From Felis catus (lineage: Eukaryota), in contig NC_058368.1 of the NCBI RefSeq assembly GCF_018350175.1, positions 70,682,001-70,746,000 on the forward strand: a DNA stretch of 64,000 nt. Direction: 5' to 3'. A program made the translations under genes and the position numbers. Shown piece by piece: positions 27,086-41,490 of this stretch (position 1 is the first letter of the stretch; every line of letters begins with the position of its first letter). The notes under the pieces were generated by a model. The model saw only the letters and a program-made list of their open reading frames with translations, did not search any database and was not told where the DNA came from.

Positions 27086-30000
27086 AGTGAGAGAGAGAGA
27101 GAGCAAGAGCACAGGACGGGCAGCAGGAGAGGGAAAGAATCTTAAGTAGGCTCCACGCTGGGCATGAGATCTCATGACTGTGAGATCATGATCTGAGCCG
27201 AAATCAAGAATTGGATGCTTAACTGACGGAGCCACCCAGGCGCCCCTCAAGTACCAAATGTATCTTTCCAAGAGGTATATATCATCCAAACCACTTTCTA
27301 TTCCTGGCTTTTGTTCTAAACTCTTGGAAATTCTCACTTCCCTTAACTTCCATAACCTTGTCCTCTTCTGGTTTGCTATTTGATCTAGCTATTCCTGTTT
27401 GGTCTCCCTCATCTTTTATCCACATATCCCTTCAATTTCAGCTTTCCTCACAGTCGTAGGCTTCTTTATTATCCTAGGCTCCTAAGAGAAATAGGCCATT
27501 ACTAACAAAGGCTGGAAATAAGAAAAGCTTCAAAATACAGAAGTATTTTTCTCTCTCTTATAAATGAAGTCCAGGGGAAGCAGATCCAGTGCCAATACAG
27601 CCATTCCAAATGTCATCAAGGACCCAAGCTTTTGTCTTTCTGCTCTGCAATCGCAGAACTGCTGCTGGTGCTCTAGGCATCATCTCTGCTTTTCAGGAAG
27701 AAGAGGAAGGAGTGAGGGAGGCGCACCAGGGTGGCTCAGTCGGTCAAGCATCTGACTTTGGGTTAGCTCCTGATCTCACAGTTTGTGGGTTTGAGCCCTT
27801 CGCCAGGCTCTCCGCTCTCAGTGCAGAGCCTGTTTCAGATCCCCTGTCCCTTCCCTTGCTTCCACATGCTCTCTCTCTCTCTCTTTCTACTCCAAAAATA
27901 AATAAACATTAAAAAAATTCTTTTAAAAGAGGAAGGAGTGAGAGGAGGAAAAAAGGTACTAGCGTCTGCCCACCTTCTTTTTTGTTTTAATTTTTTAAAC
28001 GTTTATTTATTTTTGAGACAGAGAGAGACAGAGCATGAACAGGGGAGGGGCAGAGAGAGGGAGACACAGAGTCTGAAACAGGCTCCAGGCTCTGAGCGGT
28101 CAGCACAGAACCCGACGCGGGGCTCGAACTCACGGACTGCGAGATCATGACCTGAGCTGAAGTCGGACGCTCAACCGACTGAGCCACCCAGGTGCCCCCC
28201 ACCTTCTTAAGGAGCTCTTGATGAGTTCCCATCCAACTTTGGGACTCACAGAAAATTGAGTCACATGGCCACACCTAGCTATAAAGAAGCTTAGGAAATA
28301 AAGCCTTTTAGCTAGACATAGTGTTACCTGCATATAATTAGTGTCTTTTACTAAGGAAGAGAAATAGACTGGTTATTTGCTGGGCAAGTAGCAGTCTCTG
28401 CCATGATTATTATAGCTCACACCCTTGGTTTTGACTGTCTGGTCCAGCATCTGTACCCCTTCCTTTGGTGACAGCACCTCAGTTTTCCCTCCCCATTGCC
28501 TGAAGTCTTGGTGGGACTCTCAGTCCAGATGCCACTATGTTCTCTTGGTCAAAAAGTAAATACTTGACTTAGATGGGCCCATCACTTCCTCTTTCTCTGT
28601 AACTTGACTCTTAGACCCATGAAGTAGTTCAGACTCCTATAAGTGTTTTCTTTTAATTCTTTGAGCTGCCTGAATCCTAAGTTAGAATCACTTTCTGCTG
28701 CTTGCAACCAAAACATCCTACTTGCTACCACTCGGCCTCTCCCGCCTCCGCTCTGAAGGCCTCTGCACTGCCCAACTCCAGAAGGTGCCATTTGTACTGC
28801 ATCCTTTTGAGCTGTGAATGGTGCCTTGACATTGTGCAAGAAATGGCCCTATCATGCCAATTTGTTCTCTACCCCACTGCTAGAGTTAGCTGTCTGAAGA
28901 AAGCTATGTCTGTGTGTATCAACATGCCACCTCATTCCTTGAAAATCTTCAATGGCTCTCCATTACAATAAAGAATAAAAGCCAAACTGACTTCAATGCA
29001 CTTCATAATCTGGCTTCCATTAGTTTTCTCAGCACTACCGTCCACTATACCTTTCTCCTTTTCACACCATCTTGCACCCACAGCTGGACATACTGGACAA
29101 GCCGTATTTTAATACATCCTGTGTTCTTCAGCCCCATACCTGGTCCAGTGTGGGACCAGTCTCTTCCCCCTTTTTCCCAATATTCCAGCAGTCAACATCC
29201 TAATCACCATTGAAGGCCTTGCTGACATTCTACTGTCATTGACTTCCTAGATTCTGGTCAGAATGTATCACTTCATCTTCCACTGGCCATTATAGTTTGT
29301 GCCCCTGATTACTGTACTTCCCACCTCTTGTCTGTAATGATAGTTTTAATCAGAAGTCTCCTTCCTCCATTTTTATCATAAGCCCTTAGAAGACAATGAC
29401 TATCCTGTCCGCTTGGTGTGCCCCATAGCTTCCCAGCAAAGTTCCTCACTTAGTTCATGTTTTCCACTCAACAGAATGGAAACCTTTAAAATTGGACAGA
29501 AAGCAGTTCAGGGAGCTGGAGAGAGTCACTTTGGGGAATCGTAGATAAGTGATTCTTCTGAGCTGGCTTTGTCCTTTTCTGTTGCCCACCATACAAGGCT
29601 CTCTCTTAGGTTCTGTGCCCTCAGCTCCACTGGAGACTCTGGGTCTCTATTCAGCTTTATTATGCCAGTGCAACCAACAAGAAAATCTTCATCTTCATGC
29701 AAATTTCCTTTACTTTATTACTGAAGAACAAGATGCAAAGAATCTGAAAGAATGAATTAAATGAATAAATACATTAGAGAAGGAGATTCTCTCTAAAAAC
29801 AGGTGTTTTTCTTCAAATATTAAATGATCTATCACTATTCTTGTAACTACTTTCTGAGAGACACTGAGGATATGTGTGATTTTTAGTAATGTCTTGGACA
29901 ATAGTATCTTAAATTTTAGTAAAGGGAAAAGTATAATAATGTATACATAAAAGAGAGGCACATTATTATTCAATTACTTATTTTCTTATCAAAACATGTC

Positions 30001-32520
30001 AGACTGTACCCAGAATAAACTAAGGATAGAATTTAAGGGCAATCATCAAGGAGTCTAATTCTCTTACTTGGAAATTCTGAATACTTAAATGTGGGATATA
30101 TTAATAACTACAGTATTTTATTTTAGTGACTTGTTCCCTCCCTGGTAGAACATTTATCCCTGTAACTTCTGTGAACTTCTATTGCTTTTAACCTAACATG
30201 GTGACTCACTTTCCTGTACCGAATCACATACTGTAACTTCCTAATAAAAGATAATGGTCTTTTATCTGTTATGGTCCCTTTGAAACATTCCCAGTCTTGA
30301 TTCTCCTGAAGAAGAATTCCTTAATGATGGTAGGAAGGAAGGAGACAATGAAAGAAGAGAGGGAAAGAAGAGGGGAGGGAGGAAAAAGAGAAAAGAAGAG
30401 CCTTCTGCTTTTTCTGCTGCTACTCATCACTGAACCCGATTCAGAAGCAAGCTTCTCAAAAAACCTAAACAGTGACTCAACCCTTCAGCTATTTCTTTTT
30501 CTTTTTTAAAAATACCTTTGCAGGTCTCTTTAATATCTGATTTAACGGAAAGCTCAATTCTCTTACCTGCTTCTGCATTCCGTCTGTTGTGGTATCTATG
30601 CTTTTATTATTATTATTGAAGTATAGTTGACACACCATCTTACGTTAGTTTCAGGTGTACAATACAGTGACTCGACAACTCTGTGGGTTGTCACAGCACA
30701 AACTCACCACAAATGTAGCTGCCATCTGTCACACACAGCACTGTTACAATACCGTTGACCATATTCCCTGTGCTGTGCCCCTTCCAGCTTTTTGTCAAGA
30801 CTGACTCTTTAATTCATTCTTCTCTTTTCTGTAGGAGTTAGTAATATCATACACAACACCTCTTGTTCCTCTAAGATGTTCCGCTAGGCAGACCTCCGGC
30901 CACTCGTCATTGTGCTGATCCTCCAAAACCTTCTCTGCCCCCCAGATCTAAATTTCTCATCCTAGTGGTCCTGGTTTTCCTCCTCTTTAGGCTGTGTCCT
31001 CTGTGCCCCGTTCACACACACCCTGCTGGTCCCTCCCAATCACCAAGTCCTCTAAAAACCTTCCCCAGATACTCTGTCACAACTTCTCAGCTCCCGAATA
31101 ATGAGTAATTTGTCACACTGAATTATCACCATTCTCTTGTCTGGCTTCCTCATTGAACAGGGAACTCCTCAGGAATAAGAACCTTTGAAATCCCCCCTCG
31201 GTGGGGACTTGGTGAAAACCCTTTGTTTTCACTTTCTACGCAGGAAAATCTTCCTCTTAAGCTGAGACACAGATTCAGTGAGGCTCTTTCTCAAAAGGCC
31301 TCTCCTGGCCTCGCATGGCCCATTACATGAGCTCTGGGCACTCATATGGTGTGGATGGTTCTGAACCTGTTCCTCCTACCCTCATCCCCAGCTCACTCTC
31401 CTGTCTCCAGAAGCTATTCACCATATGTTCCCCTCCAGATCTCATCTCTTTTCTACTGTCATGTGGTCACTCTTTGTTTCTGGATATTCTAACACTTCAC
31501 ATTCATTCAGCAGTAAAAACAAAACTAATCCAATCTGAGAACTGTTTGAGTATTACTAGACCATCAAATCCAACTGTGTACTTCCTTTAAGGTTCTTTTC
31601 CCAACTATGACACTACCTTCTCTATTCAGTGTTATTCAAGTCACAATTCTTTCTTTTGGTGTCGTGTATACTCCTCCAGACTTCTGTTAAGGAAAGAATG
31701 GAAGACCTTCGTTCCTGTCAAACTCATCTGTCCTCAATTCCTTCAGAACACCTGCTCTTATAAAATGACAACATGGTGAATTTATCCGTCTCTCATCTCC
31801 CCCCAAAAGGGTCCTAAGATTTAACTTTAAAGCACGCAGATAATATAATATGTGAAAACTTCAGTAGTTACAGACAAATTTAAAATGCCCCATTTCCAAT
31901 CTTCACAATTGTCACCAGGCTGGTGTGAACCCCTCAAGGTATTTCCTATACACGCACATATATGTTTCAGTAGCTGTGGAAATTTGTAACATTTTGGCTT
32001 TTGTTGGAGTTATGCAACTATTCATGGGAGTCAAGGCCAAACCCTAAGAAATTACAACATGTCTGTTCTAGCCTTTTGTAATACCCTTGCCCTGAGTGGT
32101 GGTATAGCTCTCAAGGCAGCCATAACTGCCAAACTAAAGCATAATGCCCGATAATAACTGTGGATTTTTGAGAAACAAACTGGCCTATAAGATGCCTATA
32201 GTCTCACTTCCTGCTGGGACCCATGGCAGACAGAAATGAGGGAGGCTGGACCCCCTCAGGGAGTGGGTGGAAGTATTGGTTGCCATGGTCCAGGAGGGGT
32301 CTGCTCTCAGGACGAGAACCTTCTCTTGTTGGAACCTCAGGCTCCTGCATAGAGGTGGCAAATAATGAGCAAGCATGCCAAATGCCTACCTGAAACATGG
32401 TTTAAATTTTCCTTCTTGGTTTGTGAATAAAACCATTGAACAATTTTTTCTAGCATAACTTTGGTTAGTGTCCTCAAGCAAAATCAAAGAATCCAAGTGC
32501 TATTGGAACTCCTGGTTTCC

Positions 32521-32710
32521 CCTTTTTTAAAAATTTATTTTTATTTTTTAATTCACATTCAAGTTAGTTAGCATACAGTGCAATAATGATTTCAGGAGCA
32601 GAATCCAGTGATTCATCCCCTACATGTAACACCCAGTGCTCATCTCAACAAGTGCCCCTTGTCCATTTAGCTATCCGCCCACCCACAACCCCTCCAGCAA
32701 CCCTCACTTG
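32521..32710 (-). mobile_element. Very short L1 3'-end insertion with TSD
   Basis: L1 3' UTR sequence flanked by a perfect 16-bp TSD ggaactcctggtttcc at 32505-32520 and 32711-32726. Confidence 0.88.
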
Positions 32711-33517
32711 GGAACTCCTGGTTTCCTAATGCTTAATCATTGATGAGAATTCTCATCTGTTTGTAAGACAAACTAGAATTGATGAGAAAGAGAAGCAAAT
32801 ACCTCATCTATGGTATTGCATCAGTACCCCTACATTTTCCATTTCATGAGGAATTCTGGCTACATACCAGGAAGTGGAATCTGTCTGTTAATGGATGCTA
32901 ATGGGACACCTAATGGTGCCACAGAAGGCCGGGACACTTTGTGCTGTGGCCCATGGAAAAGCACAAGATCTATGGAGCGAAGATAGCACTGCCAGTTCTT
33001 TCGTGAGGAAAAGAAATATCTTATCCAAAAGATAGTTTTTTTCTAACTCAGTGAAGCTTCTTTACCTCCAAAAGGCTGAGCCAATAGGAAATAATGGCAG
33101 ACATCACTCAAGTTTTCCCATAACAATTTTTATGTATGTATATATTACGTATCTAAAGAAAGTCTCTTCATAAGTGAACAAATGTTCATTATTTTTAAAC
33201 CTAGAAATACTCCACAATCAAGAGGGAAGATATCACCTGTATTTGCCTGCATGGAAATAACCCACTGTAAAAATGGTACCTGTGTCTTTTCTTTATTTTT
33301 TTAAGGTTTATTTATTTTTGACAGAGAAAAAGACAGACAGACAGAGCATGAGTTGGGGAGGGGCAGAGAGAGAGGGAGACACAGAATCCCAAGTAGGCTC
33401 CAGGTTCTGAGCTGTCAGCACAGAGCCCGACTCAGGGCTCGAACTCACAGACTGTGAGATAATGACTTGAAGTTGGACGCTTAACTGACTGAGCCACCCA
33501 GGTGCCCCTATTTTTGT

Positions 33518-33554
<37 letters not shown>

Positions 33555-33849
33555 GCGCGCATGAGTGGGGGAGGGGCAGAGAGAGAATCTTTTTTTTAAT
33601 GTTCATTTATTTATTTTGAGAGAGAGAGAGAGATTACACGTGTGTGCATGAGCCGGGGAGGGGAGAGAGAGAGGGAGACAGAGAATCCCAAGCAGGCTCT
33701 GTGCTGTCAGCACAAAGCCCAACTAAGGGGTCAATCTCACAAACTATGAGATCATGACTTGAGCCGGTATCAAGTCAGAGGCTTAATTGACTGAGCCATC
33801 CAAGCGCCCCTTTTCATTCTTTTTTCTGTGTTTATACATATTTTTAAAT

Positions 33850-34720
33850 TTTTAAACATTTTATGAGTTTTAACACATACGTGGATTTATGTTACACTCA
33901 CCAAAATCAGGATACGCACAGTTCTATCACCCCCAAAATTCCTCTTGTTATCCCTTCATGGTCGTATCTCCCGTCACCCCTAACCCTTGGCACTAGCAAG
34001 CACTTCTCTCTCACATAGGATTTGGGGTTTTGAAATTTCACATAAATAGAATCAAGGAGTGTGTAATCTTTGAGATTGGCTTTTTTCAATCAGCGTGTAT
34101 GAGATTCATCGAAGATGTTTTGTGTGTCACTAGCTCATTACTTTCTACTGCTGAGTATTCCACTGTATGAATGTACGGTGGTTTGTTTATACATTTCCAG
34201 GTTGAAAGACATTTGGGTTGTCTCCAATTCTGGTAACTGTGAATGGAGCTGCTATAAATATTTGTGTACAAGTAAAGTTTAAGTACCTAGGAGTAACATT
34301 ACTGGGTTATATGGTAAGTGTATGTTTACTTTGTAAGAAACTGTCGAACTGTTTTCCAGAGTGGCTGTATCATGTTACGTTCTCAACAGCAATATATGAG
34401 AGTTCCAGGTGCCCTACATCTTTGTTGGACTTGTTATTGTCACCGTATTTAATTTTAGTTATTCTAATAGGTGCATAGTGATAGTTCAGCATGATTTTAA
34501 TTTGCATATTCTTATTGGCTAATGATGTTAAACACACATACTTATTTGCTGTTCACATATCCCCCTTAGATAAAGTGTCTGTGTTTCACCATTTTTAAAT
34601 TGTTTTTTTTCTTATTGTTGAGTTTTGAGAGCACTTTATATATTGAAATATTTATATATTGTTGACTAGGTGATTTACAAATATTTTCTCCCCATCTGTA
34701 GTTTATCTTTGTATTCCTGT
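33850..34720 (-). mobile_element. Old L1M fragment
   Basis: Degenerate L1 3' sequence (ttgcatattcttattggctaatgatgtt; ctgttttccagagtggctgt). Confidence 0.75.
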
Positions 34721-35644
34721 GACAGCGGGTATATATATTTTTTAGTAAAACTGAAATCAGGGGCGTCTGGGTGGCTCAGTCGGTTGAGCATTTGACTCTT
34801 GATCTTGGCTCAGGTCATGATCTCATGGGTTCATGAGTTTGAACCCCACGTTGGGCTCTGTGCTGACAGTGTGGAGCCTGCTTGGGATTCTCTCTCTCCC
34901 CCCCTCTGCCCCTCCCCCTCTAAAAAATAAATAATAAATACATATTTAAAAAATTTTTTAAGAAACCCTGAAATCAGAATGTGCATGCTATTTTATAATT
35001 TCCTTTTTGCATTTAATTTTTTTAACGTTGTTTTATTTATTTTTGAGACAGGGAGAGACAGAACATGAACAGGGGAGGGTCAGAGAGAGGGAGACACAGA
35101 ATCCGAAACAGGCTCCAGGCTCTGAGCTGTCAGCAAAGAGCCCGACGCGGGGCTCGAACCCACGGACCGCGAGATCATGACCTGAGCCAAAGTTGGCTGC
35201 TTAACCAACTAAGCCACCCAGGTGCCCCTAATGTGCTTTTTGCATTTAGCAATGTGTCTTAAGACAGCTTTCTATGTGATTAGTTCTTCCCAACATTCTT
35301 CCAGTGGCTGCACAGTATTCCACTGTGTGCATATAGAACCATAATCTATTTAACAAACTCATCTGTTGAACATTGAACTTGTTTTCTATTTTTTACTGTT
35401 AAAAACATTACACTGGGGAATATCCTTAAAGTTCAGTCTTTTCCCACATTCAACATATTTCCCTAGAACAGATCCTGAGAAGTGGAATTATTCTTTCTGA
35501 TTATATACACTTCCTAGGCTTTGAAAAAAAAAAATACACAATGCTGAATTTTCCTCCAGAAAGGCTATTTAACTCCCATTGTCAAGGTATGGAATAAGAC
35601 CAGGTGCTATTGTTGCTTTTTAGCTTTGCTTCCTTGGTAGCTTT

Positions 35645-36252
35645 TTAAAAATTTAATTTATCTTTTAAATTTACATCCAAGTTAGTTAGCATATAGTGCA
35701 ACAATGATTTCAGGAGTAGATTCCTTAGTGCCCCTTACCCATTCAGCCCATCCCCCCTCCCACAACCCCTCCAGCAACCCTCTGTTCTCTATATTTGTCT
35801 TTTATGTTTTGTCCCCCTCCCTGTTTTTATGTTATTTTTGCTTCCTTTCCCTTATGTTCATCTGTTTTGTTCTTAAAGTCCTCATATGAGTGAAGTCATT
35901 TGATATTTGTCTTTCTCTAATTTTGCTTAGCATAATACCCTCTAGTTCCATCCATGTAGTTGCAAATGGCCAGATTTCATTCTTTTTGATTGCCGAGTAG
36001 TATATATGTATATATACATACATACCACATCTTCTTTATCCATTCATCCACCAATGGACATTTGGGCTCTTTCCATACTTTGGCTATTGTTGATGATAGC
36101 GCTGCTATAAACATTGGGATGCATGTGCCCCTTGGTAACAGCACACCTGTATCCCTTGGAAAAATACCTAGTAGTGCAATTGCTGGGTCGTAGGGTAGTT
36201 CTATTTTTAATTTTTTGAGGAACCTCTATATGTTATCCAGAGTGGCTGCACT
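35645..36252 (-). mobile_element. Carnivore L1 3' fragment
   Basis: Near-identical to the 3' UTR/ORF2 end of the 13040-15011 element (tttacatccaagttagttagcat...; AIKKNEIWPFATTWMELE). Confidence 0.88.
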
Positions 36253-36799
36253 CTGATACTTGAATTCCCAAGTATCTCACTGATTTTTAAAAATATGCCA
36301 TTCTTTCATTACAAATAAGGCTGAATATTTATTTACCTCCTTTTTGCCATTTGCATATATTTTTTTTTATTTTTTTAAAAAAATTTTTTTTCAACGTTTA
36401 TTTATTTATTTTTGGGACAGAGAGAGACAGAGCATGAACAGGGGAGGGGCAGAGAGAGAGGGAGACACAGAATCGGAAGCAGGCTCCAGGCTCTGAGCCA
36501 TCAGCCCAGAGCCTGACGTGGGGCTCGAACTCAGGGACCGCGAGATCGTGACCTGGCTGAAGTCGGACGCTTAACCGACTGCGCCACCCAGGCACCCCTA
36601 GTTTTTGTGTATGTAAATTGTCTCTTCATGTCCTTTGTGCATTTTTATATGGGGGAGGTTCATCTTTTTCCTAGTATTCTATAATAACTCTTTTATGGCA
36701 AATGTTTTTCCCCAGAGTTTCATTTCAATGTACCTTAATTGTGCAAAGCCCCTTTGTGAACTTGTTGGAATCCTTGTGAGTGAAGGATCTATCGGTGTG

Positions 36800-36951
36800 A
36801 GGGTTGCCAGATTTAGCAAATAAAAATAAACAAATAATTTTTAATAATTATGCCCCAAATAGACTTGGGATGTACTTACACTAAAAAATTATTCTTCATT
36901 TATCTGAGGATGTAAATGTAATTGGGTATGCTGTATCCCATCTGGCAACCC
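36800..36951. mobile_element. MER53-like palindromic hAT-type MITE
   Basis: Perfect 12-bp TIR gggttgccagat (36801-36812) / atctggcaaccc (36940-36951); interior matches MER53 from recall. Confidence 0.8.
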
Positions 36952-38660
36952 AGCCAGTGGTCACCACTATAGTACAGCAATGGCTGCATTGAGTGTTCGG
37001 TTCTAAACTCAGCACATTTGGCAAAAATTGTGTACAGCCAAAGGTGCCTTCAAAAGTCCTTTAAGAAGCTTTCCAAAATCAAAGGAAGCATCTTGGGCAT
37101 GGAAGTGTTAAGCTGTCTCTGAGGGATGTATGTCAGGACTTACTCATTAGACTGGCAGCAGAGGGACAGAAGGAAGTATAGTGGGAGAGGCATGTGTGGA
37201 TGTGTTCACATTTACATGCTAATGATAACTGTTAATGTGTGTGCATCTCTTTGGCTGTACTTTAGGAAAACAGTAAGTGATTCAGTGGAAACATACCTCT
37301 TTGCTAATGTTTGAATAGTATAGATTGGATAATGAATTCTTTTAGAAGCATTATATTTTGTGTACTTTGTTACTTCATGTTTCATTTTTAATTGAACATT
37401 AAGGAAACGCAGGATTTTAATTGTAACTCTGCCACTATCTGCCAACATCTTTAGGCCTGTTGACGTTTTTGTTGCCAAGAAAGACAGGGATTACATTTTT
37501 TTCTTTCTGATGGTATTGGTGTAGTGTATTCTTGGTTATCAAGACATTCATAATTTTGGGACTTTGAAATAGGAAATATTCATGGTGTGTAAAGAAGCAT
37601 GGCCCATAACTATGTATACAGATAGATGTATAGATGTATAGATACACATGGGACCTAGAAGTCAAACTGTAAACTGCTTGTGATTATGGATGACTTTGTT
37701 CTTTGCTTCTTGTGTTTTTCAGTTTCCTTTTATGCACATGTTAACTTTAAAAAAAAATTAACCAAAAAAAAAAAAAAGAAAGAAAGAAAGAAAGAAATTA
37801 GCTTTCCAAAACCAGTATTCATGGGGTTCTATCTTCTACCTTATATAGTAATACTTAGGCTCAGTGAAGTTGAGAGCTTCTCAGGAACAGAAAGAAAGTC
37901 CCTGGGCAGATGGTTGGTCATTTAAACCACTTCACTCTGTGTAACTAAGAATGGGAGGAAAAAGGTGAGGAAGCTAACGTGCTCCTGATTGCCTACAAAC
38001 TTTTTCTGTTTTCTATGTTTCTCAAATGTTGAAACAACTATTTATTGGTAGTTGTAATTCAACAAGATACAGTAGCAAAGTTCATCTCACATGGGTATTA
38101 TGTTCTAAAGTTAGCTCTCAAGGAAAACATGACCAGGCTGTGACTCCACTGAATTATTTTTATACAGTTACCCTTCAGTCCATGCTCCCCAACTCTCCCA
38201 GTCCAAATTGTATTTTCAATAAACATTCTGACCCCAAACTACTCAAATATTTTTCTTCTGGGGGGAACATGTATATTTTGGCCCATTCAGCAGCTACTGA
38301 ACAGTAATCATGGCGATGGGCCTTGTATCACTAGTTATGCAATCGTGTGCTGTTTCAGGCATCCTTTGTCTTTATTTCTTTTATGGATGTTTTTCTAAAA
38401 ACTTTGCCCAACATTATATTATAGTGAAATATATGTATTGATGCTCAAAAGTTTCAAATCAATCATTATCCACGAGTCCAAAGCAAAATGTATAGAAAGA
38501 TGTATTCATTTTGGGGCGGGTGGCTCACTTGGTTGAGCATCCGACTCTTGATTTTGGCTCAGGTCACAATCCCAGGGTTGTGGGATCAAGCCCTGCATTG
38601 GATTCCATACTGATTGTGGAGTCTGCTTGAGATTCTCAATCTCTCTCCATCTGACCCTCT

Positions 38661-38666
<6 letters not shown>

Positions 38667-38709
<43 letters not shown>
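38667..38709. repeat. (CT)n expansion within a SINE
   Basis: Pure CT run in the Can-SINE CT region. Confidence 0.9.
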
Positions 38710-38714
<5 letters not shown>

Positions 38715-39279
38715 AAAAAAAAAGATGTATTCATTTTTCTCAAACAATTCATGAATGACATTCAAATCTCATGTATTTCTAGTATATTCAAAATATTCCT
38801 ATGAAATAAAAAATGTGTCATCCTAGCCTAAAATAATTTTAATATGATTTGGCCTGTGATAAGTGGCTCTGTCATATTGTCTGTGTTCTCTTCCATATAT
38901 TTATATCTATTCTATAATATACAAATAATATCCTTTATTATTTATAATAAAATAATATATATTTAATAATATATATGAAAGGTTCAGTCAGATTGTTGTT
39001 TTACACATTAGATACATTGTTTTTGTTGGCTAGTACCATCTAAGCACACAAACTTTCTCTTTATATGCTAATTTCCAAATCTAACACATTATAAAGGAAC
39101 CACACAGCTCTATTCATGTTGCTGTGGTCTCTGGGAAATAACGTTCATTTTTGAATAGACTGGCAGGTCAGGGTGAAACTCAAACATTTGTAAATAAACA
39201 TAAAAATATACATACATAAATATACATGCACATATACATATACATACACACAAATATGTGTGTATGTGTATATATATAT

Positions 39280-40465
39280 ATTTAAACTTTTTATTGTGGA
39301 AAATTTCAAATGCACAGAAGTGGAGAAAATGGTATAATCAACCTCTATACCCAACACCCAACTTCAATGATTACCAACTTTTTCACAATAATGATAAATA
39401 TTTTAATAAGCTTTTTTGAAATTACAGCATACATATGAAAAAGTACACAGATCATATGTGTACAGCTCTATGAGTTATTACAAAGTCACTGCACCCAGGT
39501 AACTACCACTCAGATCAAGGTACAGAACATTACCAGCACTGCGGCAGTCCCTACCACATGCCTTCCTAAGCACCACCTCTTTATAGCTTCCAAAAGGTAA
39601 CCACAATCCTGACCTCTAACATCATAGATTACTTTTGTCTGTTTTTGAACTTTATGTAAATGGAATCCTGCCGGTGTTCTTTCTCTTTCTTTAACTTAAT
39701 ATTGTATTTGTGACATCAATGCATGTTGTTGTGTTTTATAGTAATTTGTTTCCATTGTTGTGTGGTATTCTATGGTAGAACTCTACTATATTTATCCATA
39801 TTACTGTAGATAAACATTAGAGCTCTGTTTTGGTGAACACATCTTTTGGTGAATGTAAATAGGCATTTGGTTCTAGAAGTGACATTTCTGGGCTACAGAA
39901 TATGTGTGCCAAACAATTTCCCATCACTTTACACTCCCACTGGCAGTGTATGTGCCTTCCAGTTGTTCCACATCCTTGCCAACACTTGATCTTGTCAGTC
40001 TCTTAAATCTTAGCTCTTCTGCTGTGTAGCTGTATCTCATTGAATCATTGAAGGTTTTTTGTTTTTTTTGTTTTCTTTTTTTAGAGAGAGAGAGCACACA
40101 AGCAGGGGAGGGGCAGAGGGAGAAGGAGAGAGAATCTCAAGCAGGCTCCACACCCAGCGTAGAACCCAATATGGGGCTCAGTCTCACAAGTGTGAAATCA
40201 TGAACTGAGCCAAAATCAAGAATGGGATGCTTAACTGACTGAGGTACCCAGGCACCCCTCTCAATGAAGTTTTAATTTGCAATTTCCTTGTAAGTAACGA
40301 AGTTGAACATGTTTTCATGTATGTTGACCACTGATGATTTACTCTTGTGATGTTCTGTCTCTTGTCCATTTTTCTACTGAGTTGTCTTTGAAAAAAATTG
40401 ATTTTTAAGAATTCTTATATCCTGGGTAGGAACCCTTTGTTGGTTATATGCACAGCAAATGTTGA
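39280..40465 (-). mobile_element. Old L1M fragment(s) with nested SINE at ~40060-40258
   Basis: L1 3' UTR/ORF2-end phrases (ttacactcccactggcagtg, ccacatccttgccaacacttg). Confidence 0.72.
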
Positions 40466-40494
40466 TAAACTGCATTTGAAAGCTGCAGGGCCTT

Positions 40495-40723
40495 GGGGCG
40501 CCTGGGTGGCGCAGTTGGTTAAGCGTCCGACTTCAGCCAGGTCACGATCTCACGGTCCGTGAGTTTGAGCCCCACATCAGGCTCTGGGCTGATGGCTCAG
40601 AGCCTGGAGCCTGTTTCCGATTCTGTGTCTCCCTCTCTCTCTGCCCCTCCCCCATTCATGCTCTCTCTCTCTCTCTGTCCCAAAAATAAATAAACGTTGA
40701 AAAAAAATTAAAAAAAAAAAAAA
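40495..40723 (+). mobile_element. Young SINEC_Fc
   Basis: Full-length with long A tail; TSD gaaagctgcaggg at 40478-40490 and 40724-40736. Confidence 0.95.
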
Positions 40724-41039
40724 GAAAGCTGCAGGGTCCTGAAAGAAAGCAAATAAATAAAGAATACTAAAATTGTTGTTCACTGCTTCACTTATAAGAT
40801 GAAGGGTGAACCATTTTAAAATCCATAAAAATGACCACAATCTGAGTTTTAGTATTGGAGTTTACCCAGTGTCTAATATTTTTGCAGAAATCTCAAGAAA
40901 AAGGCAAGTATATCCAGTGATACAGAGGAGTGAATAGTTGGTTGTTATCCAGACAAGTGGATGGCATTATTTTGGTGGGAAAAACATCCCTGGACATGAG
41001 AATTTGGCCTTGGTGAGAACATGAACATCAGACAAGGGC

Positions 41040-41490
41040 GCTGTGAACTTGATCAAGACAAAACACAACCCCTCTGTAATTATGTCTAAAGAACAGCCAA
41101 AACCTGAATATTGGCCAAACCACAAAATGACCAAATATTCCCCCTACTCTGGCTAAGAATAGTGACTGCTGTTTCTTTACCAATTACAGCTTTAGCCTCA
41201 GTCTAGTCTGTCATCCTTCTAGATAAGGCTCATTAAGATATCCAGTCTTAAGATTTAGCCTGGCTTCCTGGCAGCATCCGATCCAGAGCAAAGCTCCACT
41301 TCTTTAAACATTCCTCCAATCATCCAACACAAGCTCCAATCCTATAATGAGTCCCTTTCTAATACCTTACTGAGATGTCCCAAGATTTCCCATGATACAC
41401 ATCCTTCCTCCCTGTATTAAATAATAAATGTGACTAGTAATGAACCGAACCACTGGTATGTTCCTGGTGGCCTTTTGATGGAGGGCATTA
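41040..41490 (+). mobile_element. Probable ERV1-type LTR fragment
   Basis: gactgctgtttctttaccaattacagctttagcctc..., TATA-like cctataat and aataaa in LTR order. Confidence 0.45.

Larger units (their letters stand above)
22735..28200. mobile_element. Can-SINE copies: ~22735-22953 (-), 24545-24748 (-), 25540-25753 (-), 26100-26313 (-), 27085-27247 (-), 27716-27925 (+), 27980-28200 (-)
   Basis: Can-SINE consensus phrases; several visible TSDs (ttaacttaaactcttttt; aagaggaaggagtgag; ccaccttctt). Confidence 0.9.
33290..38722. mobile_element. Can-SINE copies: three stacked at ~33290-33810 (-), 34760-34960 (+), 35010-35229 (-), 36360-36599 (-), 38512-38722 (+)
   Basis: Can-SINE consensus phrases; TSD aaagatgtattcatttt around the last copy. 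Confidence 0.9.

Noticed and set aside
26972..27337. Glu/Lys-rich ORF
   Set aside because: Made of a SINE plus a purine microsatellite.
150..38500. Chemokine-receptor/GPCR pseudogene or Y-RNA pseudogene, recalled from the syntenic human region
   Set aside because: I found no convincing GPCR motifs or Y-RNA match by eye; tblastn or Infernal would be needed to exclude very decayed copies.
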